Part shown: positions 53,201-64,000 of the stretch, piece by piece | Layout of the letters: each line of letters starts with the position of its first letter | How positions within the stretch are numbered: the stretch's first letter is position 1 | Assembly: GCA_051362555.1 (NCBI GenBank) | Contig: CM120649.1 | Span: forward strand, 5,642,001-5,706,000 | Reading direction: 5' to 3' | DNA length: 64,000 bases | Origin: Lingula anatina | Taxonomy: Eukaryota; Animalia; Brachiopoda | Notes under the pieces: generated by a model | Told to the model about the DNA's origin: nothing | The model's database searches: none | What the model saw: only the letters and a program-made list of their open reading frames with translations | Program-made: the position numbers and the translations under genes

Positions 53201-56200
53201 ATTGTTATCAGCACCCAATTGTTAATTAGCTCCTAGATGCTCGAGGAGGTGTGTCAGACAATTAAGCTGATTTTACCTTAGCGAGAAACCTCCCACAGAG
53301 TCAGACCGACACAGCTACTAGCAGTCTCTGACTGTCTTTGCCGCTTCTCCCCAGGTTGAGCCTCTCCCAATCCCTCTCTGTGTTTATATGTACGTGTGTG
53401 TTTCTATGATAAGTCTACCAAACCATATACACGTAACTGTTTGTAAAGACAATATCGACTTTTAACCTGAAATTACTTCATCAAATAATCAGACAAACTG
53501 ACTGATTAGGCGGGTTTCCAATTCTCTCAACACAAATTGGTCTCTATAAATTTAATATCAGCTATGTACAATTTTATTGTGGTCTTGTAAAGACCCAATT
53601 CACAGTCTTATTAAACTGATCTTTGTTACTGCAGAGGAAGGATGACAAAAATGAGACCCATTTCCAGTCTGAATCAAGCCTTGTCTAAACAAATGGGGGA
53701 ACAGATTTAGTAAGACCTATTGCAACTGTATTTCCAGTCTAAAGAAGGATCAGTCTAAACAGATAAGGGATGACGTAAGTAAGACCTATTTCCAATCTTA
53801 AGTAGACCTTGGCTTAAATCTGATGAGGGGCGTGGCAAGTAAGTATGATTTTACTGATCTAAGGCATTCTTCATCTGAGCCAGCATGATTTATACAGTCA
53901 TACTGTCACAACAATCATATGGAATAAACACCACCTTCTGCATGCATGCAAACCTACTGAGGCATAATCTCTTCCTTGATTCCCTACTCATCAATATATA
54001 GTTCATAGTTATTCTTTTACTCTGTATATGTAGCTAATCGCACACAAACTGCAAGTAGCTATTACCTTTCTTTCTCTCTTGAATTTACATATACCTTATT
54101 TGCACAGTTTAAAAGAGAAAGAGAACTGGTTAGTGTACTGTTATACATAGCCTAAGTAAGTGACTGGGGACTTGCATTTATATAATGAATTAATAACGAT
54201 TAGTATAGAACGGTAAACAATGCTTGATTCTGATTCATTCAATGTGGCCAAGGATATGAAACCCTATTAATTCAATTGGAGACCGTGTATCAATGACAAT
54301 AAATTAAAAAGAGACTATACATCAATGACAATATGATTTAATAGGAACCAATATGTCAATGACATATAGCTTCTGACAACATATTATAGTTCACATAAAT
54401 ACCCTGTTCTTTATGATATCAGCAATATAGTGGTATCACCTAAAAAGGCAGGAACAAATTACAGTAGGCAACATATGCATCACATGCTTCTCTCTTTAGG
54501 TTAGAAGTCATGCATATCATCAAATATAAAGTCTGACTCAATTTGAGAGTCTCACATGATTTATATGAAAGCATTTAACTTCATTCACATAATAATCATA
54601 TTATAAGGCACAAGCACATGTATCAAATGAGAGTCCTACCTGTTGATTCAATGCTGTATAATTTATACATTAGACCATATCCCTTACAACTTGATACCTG
54701 TAAAACTATTTTACACTAAGCCTGACAGCACACAACATTAAGCTAAGTAGAAAAATGCAATGTAAAACGTTAAAACCTCATCTCTCCTTCTTCTTCATGT
54801 TCATGGCGCCGTTTATGGGCAATCTTCTCTTTGTTAAAGCTAACACAATAATAACATTACTGCAAAGTGATTACTGCTGTTTGACTTAATTGGTCATTAA
54901 AAGAGGCAATCTGTTGAACAATTAGGTTAATATTCTTTTACCTGGCCACTGCTGTGTGTGATATATCACAGAGGTTGATAGAGGCCATAATCTGTGTCTT
55001 CCAGAGTTTTTCAAATTTATACTGCTGGGCATGTAAATTTTTCTGACAGCCAAAGATGGCCAAACTTGGAGGATTGATCAACAAAGCTAATTTGGAAAAC
55101 TGTCCAAAATATCTTTGGAACACTACTGCAAAGACACACCACTATAGTGTTTTCATTCAACAGGGGCATCCAATTATTATTGAAGTGAGACTTTCATTGT
55201 CTTTTGTGCAGTGGTCAGGCTTGTGGATGGAAGGTAGGGGGTGGCGTGAAAGAAATACCCTTTGAAATAAAAGGGTCTGCTCTAAATCAAAGTTTGATCT
55301 AGGTTCACTTCACAAGCTGGGACAATAAAGGGGCAAAAAATTCCATGTTGTGGGGCGAAAGATCACCCTTCCCCACCTTTAAGAAATTGCTGGCCAGAGG
55401 CCAGAACATCTAATTAGTGTTGGATAACAATCACTGGGAACTTATAGAATTATTATTATTATTATAGCAGCTGAACAGTGACATGTGGACTTAAGATTGT
55501 GATAGGGGAGCCTACAAGTCTTCAATGTGCCCAGATGAACCACACAAACCATGACGAGTGAATAAAGGTACAGGTTTGGACTTCAGAATTAAATCTTAAA
55601 CATGAATATTTTACAACAAAATTTAGGTAACACATATACCATGACCATCAAAAGGCAGTTCTCCTAGGGGAGGAAAACTGACTTCACACCTAAAAAGAGT
55701 TTCAGAAATTATCTACAGGGCAAAAGACACTACCAAAGATAACTGACCTTTCTGAGTGGCTGGTCCGGCAGGTCCAGGCATGTCTGTGGTCACTATGGCT
55801 GAAGACACTGGAAAGAAACATACATGTAAGTGAAATTAAAAAGATGTACTCAAAGGGGCCATTCAGAATAGACGATCCGAGTATCAACTGGTCCGAAGAT
55901 CAAATATGGCAGACCTTACATGAGAGGAAGACTGCTTAATCCTGTAATGGTCTCTCCGCCTCCCCACACGTCGGGTCAAATGGAGCCGAGATTCAATTAC
56001 TGTGCCCCTGCAGGAACGACACATAGGGAGGCGCGTGAGAGGCAGAGAGACCATTACAGGATTAAGTGGTCTTACTTATATGTAGGGTCCATCATATTTG
56101 ATCCTCAGTTGATACTTGGATCTTCTATTCTGATATAGATAATCATAGATAACACCGAGGCTTATATTAAGAAATGGAAAAAAAGATGAAGGGATGTACA

Positions 56201-58474
56201 CATGATACCTAGAACATCCCCAAAAACTACAATGTACCCCTACCAAGGGCATAGATAGAATGATTTTTTACTAGAAATTCACAAATACCTGCTGTATGTT
56301 TCTGATTAATTCTTTAAACCTGTCTATAATGCCCATGCGACCAAACTTTTTGCATAGAATTAATGTTGTCACTCAGCTGCATGGCCTATATAGTATAGAC
56401 TACCCAAAAGATCAGCCTTCAAAGAAGATGGGAGGGGGGAGTGTACTTATTATGTCCTTGAATCAGCCTCAAATCAAGGAAAAATGTACTATGTATATGG
56501 GCCATTTTGTTAAGCAAACAGAGGTACCACAGCACCTTGTAGCATCACTTAAATTATAAATAAAGTCCAAATGCTAGAATCTTTATCATAATGAACTCCA
56601 CATGTATGTGCATATTTGACTTTTGTTTCTGTAACATCATTTTATTTACAGAGGTTATATTCTATCTATTTTGTTGAACAGCATGATAAACAAAATCCAT
56701 AAGCATTTCGAGAAAGGAAATGATGGTAATCCTGTACAAATCAAAGATATACAAAGTGAATGGTCATTATCTTCATGCATTGTACCACAATTAATGTCAG
56801 CTTTATTTTATAACTTGCATCAATTTAAGATACAACCTAATGCTATGCAAAAAAATTCTGGTTAGAGAAGTGTGACAAATTCATAACAGGTATAAAAATC
56901 TGATAATCTTCACTTTGACTTTGAAACTTTATAAACAATGACTGCATGGCCACAAATCTACAGTAATACCAGTACAATCATATAACAATTTGATATAACA
57001 ATTCATGTCATATTTTTACTGTACAAAACAACCAGAACAAATAATGCAATGTATATGTACAGGCATGGAAAGCTACTGTAGCCAACGAAACTTAAAAAAT
57101 ACATGTCTGATATCATCAAACTTCTTCCGAAATCTAAGTATTTGCAATTTGTCTTCGTACATGTACCTTGCTTGTACCGTTAACTCAGATCTCTGTTGCC
57201 CAAAGTCACATATACACTACCTATAGACCCTGGATTAACAGAACCAGAACAGGTAGCAGGCGCAGACTGTAATAACCCATTAATTTTCTCTCCAAAAACT
57301 GCAATGCATGGTGGGACTATTAATGAATTTTTTATGAAATGACAACGGCATGGTTGGGTTCTGTCTTTGGCTTCCATTGGTTATCCATACCGGGCCCCAT
57401 CAGAGTGGGCATGTGTCATGGCTATGGATTCTTTTGCTTATTTATTGATCACGTAATGTGAGGTCACTGCAAGCCTCAGTTTTTCATTATTGGGTGTCAA
57501 AGTTGAAAGGTAAAGGCTGACCCTGGCTGCAAGTCTTATGTAGAAGACCAATATGACTTGTACTAAGACCACAAAGGCAATGCAAAGGCTCATTTAGTCC
57601 ATTATTTCACATTAACAGCACACACTTATTTATTTAGCTGTTACAGTTTGTAGAAAGAAGAAAAATGTTTATTCATAATTTCTCAAAGAAAAAAAAATGA
57701 TGAAAAATTAAATGGGAGAGAGGAAGAGAACAGGCTTTCATGAGTAACAAAAAATAATCAATCATAGTATCCTGAATTCTAAAATAACCTCTGTAAAATA
57801 TAAATATACACCATGCTCTGGAAGAAGAATAACTTCCTTCTGATCAATCATTTTAATATACTGGTACACACCATCCCAGGCCAGCAGTTTAAGACCAGCT
57901 CACACTTTGAACAAGAAGCTAAGCTATCAGACCTGCAAGGCTGGCATCATTAATACAGTAGACACTTTGACCCAAGACAAAAATTGGTAGGAGTAAAACA
58001 TGAGACCAAAATAGAAGGTTCCATTCAAGAACAGTAAGAGCAGCCACTAGTCTGTGAGGCCAGTAGCCGAGCTCCCTGCTCACAGTGTGAGCTGGCTTCA
58101 TACACGCAGCAGACATTGATTTTTTTCAACAATAAATTTCCCATTCAGGTCAAAATACCTAATAAACCCAGCATGCAATATTCATTGATTAATTGATTAG
58201 TCATCAAGTTCATTAGAATCTACCTGCATTGCTTTGCCTTTGTTCTCTGACTTTTATACAAAAAAGGTGTAGAGGATAGGTGGATATAGTATTTACATAC
58301 TAGTAGTCCACAGGTTGTTGGTATTTTATGTATTTGTTTTAATAATTGGCTTTGTCCAATGGCACTTGGTTGTAATTGGGATAAGTCATTGGCTTTCACA
58401 ATTTATATCTTTCTATAACATTTTTCCACATTTCACATTTGGGGAGCATTTTGAGCACTCTGACTATATGGCTT

Positions 58475-58509
<35 letters not shown>

Positions 58510-58797
58510 TTTTAATTTGAAACTTTTTAATTGCCATTAATCAAAATTAAAGAAAAGGTAGGTTAATAATAATAACATTATGGACATTCACATTTACTTG
58601 CGATTACTGCCAAACATAACTTGATATTTTTAATGTGAAGAAAAAACTATTTGGGTATAGGAGAAATCTTTCAGTTACGTATTTTTTGTTCACCTAAAAA
58701 TGTCAACAAAACATACAGCTGTATATTAGAAAACCTTTTTAAAAACACAATAGGTCTTCATTCACAGACTACATAAGGTAAATGTTGTCACTGTCAA

Positions 58798-58840
<43 letters not shown>

Positions 58841-59105
58841 ATATAACAATGCCTAAAAAAACTACCACAACCACTACACTTTATTTTAATACAACCAAAT
58901 TGCTTGCATCACGGCAGCACATATATGCATGAATACCAATAGATTTCACAATTATTGATAAGCTTGTAATCAAGAATTCTGATTGAACTCCAAATATTGA
59001 TCATTTCTGTCCACTGATCAGTGTGGTTTCAGAAATCAGCACAATAGCAGGGCATGGATATATGTAATTTATTGGCCACTATACAGTATATATACATTGT
59101 ATATT

Positions 59106-59157
<52 letters not shown>

Positions 59158-60168
59158 TGAGGGAGGGAGAGAGAGCGAGAGAGCTAACCTGTGGTTTGGG
59201 CATTATTTTTCAGAGTTTTGGGTGACACAGGTCTGTTACCAACTGGTACCACTGTCACATTTGGTCCTGAAGGCGATCTTGGGAAATCCGAGGCACCTTA
59301 AAAAAACATAAATAATCAAAACCCCTCAAATTAAAGAAGTTGCTCTAACATGGGTATATTACGTAATAACATGCAGTCATAAACAAACAGCAAAGACCCA
59401 GTCTTGCATAAACAAGAAATTGCTGTTTAATATTGCTACAATCAATTTATTAATATGATTTTTATAACTCTGTGTGCTTTGTTTGAAAAGAGCTCTTACT
59501 CTGAATTACAGAAACAAAACCAAATTTTGAACAAACACAAATTCCAAACTTAGCAAATTCTTAATATCTGAGCAAATTTCAGTTCTGTAACAATTATTAT
59601 TATCATACCAATTGCGTAAATACCTTGTTGGGTATTATTTATTTGTTCTGTGCCTTCACCTGGTGACAATGGACCCTCCTGTTTTGCAGTGCCCCCTGGT
59701 GGGTCTATACTGGATTGTCCTGTGCCTGCTACTTTGCCAGTGCTGTCTGGGCCATTCTTCACCTTTACAGAATCTGAAGTCATTCACAAACATTTATAGA
59801 CAATGTAACAAAATTCAAGATCCAAAACTGTTGTTTAATATACAGTTTCAGCTATTCTTAATGATTGACAGATATATTGCTTTTCATGATGTTCAGAAAT
59901 TTGCTTTGTTAATATTAGTAATCAACATGATTATTTTGCATCAACATAAAATTTTATTTCTATTTCTTTTCTAATCATCCATTTCTATTCTATTTTATTT
60001 TTTAGCAATGCAAGACTTGCAGCTACAAAGAAGACTTTGACAATGTACCATTTCTGTGAATTTCTTTTATCTTTGGCCCAGGACTTCTTTTCAACTTTAT
60101 GCCTCCTTGAATCTGTGCAATGAGGGCAGACTGGGCTGACGTCTGCTTTGATGATTTCATTGGTCTCT
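41657..60168 (-). CDS. Espin/forked-like actin-associated protein (WH2, polyproline, Trp-motif PxWK-type helical C-terminus); 5' end not identified
   Basis: Candidate exons 60168-60049 (WH2: SALIAQIQGGIKLKR), 59773-59624, 59296-59189, 57298-57221, 55798-55748, 48302-48114 (FPPPPPP, VPPPPPP), 46786-46751, 45262-45153 (TPAWKRQ), 44906-44895, 43984-43877 (VPEWKKA), 43632-43621, 41752-41657 (YPWK..stop). All are GT-AG and phase-compatible. The small internal exons are less certain. Confidence 0.7.
50240..50295. repeat. (CA)n microsatellite
   Basis: Directly visible. Confidence 0.95.
53654..53843. repeat. Three degenerate ~60-70-bp tandem units
   Basis: Each unit starts agacc(c/t)att..tcca(g/a)tct, contains a ctaaac/ttaaat core followed by ggg, and ends agta. 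Confidence 0.65.
55863..56133. mobile_element. Foldback MITE with ~100-bp imperfect inverted arms
   Basis: tcagaatagacgatccgagtatcaactg...ttaatcctgtaatggtctctc is mirrored at about 56037-56133. A related partial arm lies at about 63171-63225. Confidence 0.8.
59109..59152. repeat. (GA)n microsatellite
   Basis: Directly visible. Confidence 0.95.
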
Positions 60169-62894
60169 CTAAAAAACAGAGGGAATGTTTGACATAAATA
60201 TGATATTTGTAAATAAAAACTGTAAACAGCTTATTTGACAAATTTCTAATTAAAAATTCTAACTTGAAAATCTTCAAATGCCAGGGTATTTTCTGAAACA
60301 TGCAAAAAACCAATTTCAACATTTGTTCTTGAAAATTTTTAAACAAAAGAAGCATTATTAATATAATAATGATAAAGAATAATATTTGTGGTAATTTATC
60401 AATTAAAAAAACAACAGTGGAATTTTTGAAACTTAAAACATGGAATACATGATGATGCCAAGTAATTTAATGGAAAGACGTCTAAATTCTTTGTTTTCAT
60501 GAAAAACATTTATATATCCTGATAATATTTAAACAACATGGTTACATTATGGCTATATTACCTTGTTTGACAAAGAACAGTAAATTTCCAGAGATATAAA
60601 TGATAGATATGCTGTAGTTTTAATGTCCTTATACAATGTCCTTAGAAATGATAGTGAATGTCACAATGCCCTTATAAAATTTACTCCGTGGACCATGAAT
60701 TTTGCAGAACAAAGTCCCTATGACATTGGCATTATAACATGGTTTCCGTACATGAACACCAACCATACTAGCAGTTCACCACATGAAAATTATCAAAAGC
60801 TGTTTTGCTTTTGATCAAAATAATATATCTGCCATTTTTCTGATTTTCACACAAACTTCAATTCAATGTGTGCATGACTTTTATACACAGGTAATGGGTT
60901 ATAAAGAAAATTAACAACTTACTTGTTATACCAAACTACTCCCAATTATAAGCAATCCTCTTTTTTCATCAAGATACCTAATACCAAAACTCACCTTCCT
61001 TCTAATCAAGTCAAAGCAACTGCATCCTAACTGTGTTTGCCTCTGACAGTTACATTACATGTACCAAGTACTTAATATCAAAAATTTCTAGTCTAGGCTA
61101 AGTGCATTCTCGTCTTCATATTAATCACATTATACAGCAGTATGGAAAACACTGGTAATAACTAAATACCTAGTTGAGGCACCCCTTGCATTGTTTCTGT
61201 TACAATAAATTTCTTAATATTTATGTTTTTATTTGATTATGTAAAAAAAGTGAAGACTTATCAAAAAGAAACACTATCACAGTGTATATTTTCTCAAAAA
61301 GGATTGATCACTCGATCACTCACTTTGAATTATTATATTACAATAGACAAAAATTCCTATAGATCACCAACTTAGGTAAAATATGGGTACCTTCAAAATT
61401 AACTGACTTGCCAGTCTGTCAAATTAGCTAAAACCACATGCAATCAGAATTTCTTTTTACCAATCTTTCTTCATGCCAATATACAGCTGATTGATATGAA
61501 ATATCTACCTGGGGGAAATGGGGTTTTTCTCCTTAAGCACCCTTATGGGAGAACAGACAAGGGATCTAATCACCACTCTGACAACACCCTTACCACGTAA
61601 AGAAGTATTAATTATCAAATAAAGACTAAGTAACTTCAACGTTAATATGATTGAGTACAGTATGTTCTATACTGCAATTATTAAATAAATGTTTTATATG
61701 ATAATCTCAACAATTTAATTTATTTTTAATTTTTTTCTGACTATGCCTCTTATGAAGATTCAGGGCTTATGAAAAAGTATCATGATACAATAAAATTTTA
61801 TTTTATAACAATGTTTGTATATGCTAATAATATCTTACAGAATTGGATGACGTCACTGCTGTGACTGGACATCTTCAACGTCACCTTTGTCAAAACAAGT
61901 CAAATTCTGATATCACAGGTGACAAAAGTAGTGATGTCACCAAAGAAAAAATAATAAATGTTGAACACTTTCTCGTCTACTTGCTCTTCACATTTCAGCG
62001 ATATTCTAACATACAATGATTCTTAAATGTACAAATTGTATAATGCTCCATAATGATACCTAAATACTGGTAGTAAAGTTGCCTTTTTTAAGTTACATTT
62101 TTAAGCTAAACTCAGCTTATCAAAACCTCTGAACAAAAGTCAGGCATTATACCCGATACTGAACAATTTGAAAATGGACATACCAGATAAACTGATCAGA
62201 AAAACAATATAAGAGTACACATTACATAAATACTCACTAATGAGAGTAAAAAAGAGGTTTCCATCCTCCATATTGGATTAATTAAGGGCCTTCTCCCAAC
62301 AGTCACATCTTGAGGTCAGCAGATGTGACCAAAGGCAGCCAAAGATGACCCTTGTCCATCTGTTACTTTATCTTTACTTTGGACGAGGGACAGTTTGGAA
62401 TTGAGACAGAGATACTGACATACTCTTTTACAAGTTATGGAGACATTTTGGAGCATTTCTGACACAATGGTACATGCACACATATAAATGCACCAAATCA
62501 ACACAGAGTGCTACATTTTGTCAACAATAAAAGCTTCTTCATGATGGGAACACCAAGTTGTACACAGCTTTGCTTATTTTACATGTATTATAAGCCCCAA
62601 TATCCAAAAACACCCAGAAAGGAGGCATTAAAGCAAGAGTTCTGAATGAAGACTTGTATTTGGATTAGAATACCTATTACTTTTAGGAACCAATGCTGTT
62701 TTCTTTTATTTATTTACCATAATAAAATAACCTTCTCTATATGAAATCATAGTAACCTGCGGGTTGAATTTCCACATCTAATACATTTCCCAAATGTTGA
62801 CAACTGTGGTGTTCCATCTCCTTGCTTGTGTCACAGCACCAGATGGTGACACTGTCCTTGCCTTAACATGGTGTGTGACACGTGGAGAGACTTA

Positions 62895-63120
62895 GGGTGC
62901 TTTCCCAGAGATTTAGATCCATCTAAAGATTAAGATTTAGATCGACCTAACTCCCTGGGGGTTCACGCTAAATTGCAGTCAGCCGAGCGGGCACCATAGT
63001 TAATTACCCCCTTACAGCTTTTAGTAGGCGGGACAGACGCTTAAGCCGGCCAAGCTGACAGTAATCTAGTGAGACTCCCCACAGGGATAGATCGATCTAA
63101 AAATCTATGGAAATGGGGTG
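62895..63120. mobile_element. TAA/TTA-flanked MITE, copy 2 (inverted relative to 9816-10040)
   Basis: The reverse complement aligns over its full length with 9816-10040. tta on both flanks. Confidence 0.88.
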
Positions 63121-64000
63121 TTACAGTACAGAGAGTGTGGGAAAGTGTAGCCCCATAGTTTGTCTTATGTCGCATTCAGAACAGATGATCCTCGGAGCTA
63201 CTCCTTCCCGGATCAGATATGGTGAACACTACATGATGACAAAACAGCCTAATCCTTCAATGATCTCCTAGTCTCAACATGAAATAAATTTGGGCTGCAA
63301 GGTTTAATTGCTATTGGAAAGGCTTTTAAGTAGGTTTGGGCATATTTAGTCTGTGGATCAGTAAGTTCATGGATCATATGTTATGAATGCGGCATAAAAA
63401 ATTTAGCATATCCATTTCAAATTCACGGCGAAATCCTAGTTCAACCCAATATTGACACCCAAAACAAAGGCAATATGATGCACATTCTAATATCTAAGCA
63501 ATTCACTGAAAGTAATACTTGTTGGCTCCCTTGGTCATAAGTGTGAGGCAATCCAAAAAAGTCCATATAAATGCTGGCCAGGTGAATGAGATGTACGGCA
63601 GAGTCCAGTGTTGTGAGTAGTGGCTAAAATACTGAGATTGGGTTGTCTGCCATGACTTTCAGGTTATGTAGTGCTTTTGGGAGGAGGGAGGTGGGGGTTG
63701 TTGTTGGGATTTCACGCTTATGTGTGAGATGATATGCTATCACCCCAAGAGATATATGCAAGAACACATTTTGCATCAGCAAGGTGTGTATATACCAACG
63801 CAAGGCTTACAACACCAAAAACAAAACAAGGCAGCAAAGCTGTCAAATGTACAGACAAAAAGCAGGAAATAACTATGCACAAAATAGGCTACTGCCAATT
63901 CTGATGCAAAAGTACATAATGTTAAACTGCAAATTCAACATCAAATTTTAACAAGACAGCACTGTTCTGAAATGGGTTTATTTCCATTTTTAACACTTTT

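Noticed and set aside
61839-62020. Plus-strand exon-like frame ELDDVTAVTGHLQRHLCQ...
   Set aside because: Isolated, with no partner exons or recognisable domain.
62316-62504. Minus-strand ORF as an upstream exon of the espin-like gene
   Set aside because: I found no convincing phase-compatible donor and no motif support.

Overview
AT-rich, intron-rich animal genomic DNA; the gene set and repeats fit a marine invertebrate, plausibly a mollusc (inference). Most real genes are spliced and only partly visible in the ORF track, so I assembled exon chains by hand from GT-AG sites and reading-frame continuity. Left to right: (1) a secreted two-PAN/apple-domain gene on the minus strand (about 3081-9215). 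It is cut inside a coding exon by a 3.88-kb P-element-like transposon (31-bp TIRs, 7-bp TSD) and also carries a 232-bp insertion that forms a perfect GT-AG intron. (2) A TAA-flanked MITE and a decayed ISL2EU-like transposon with THAP and YqaJ-partner remnants. (3) CMC4 head-to-head with EFHC2. (4) A SYCE1-like gene absent from the ORF track, head-to-head with ANKRD39. (5) A 954-aa AT-hook plus C2H2 zinc-finger gene. (6) FBXO36. (7) The 3' part of an espin-like WH2/polyproline/Trp-motif (PxWK-type) gene with two 12-nt microexons. Several MITEs, short templated duplications and microsatellites lie between them. I found no tRNA, rRNA or CRISPR features. Gene names rest on recalled family sequences, not database searches.
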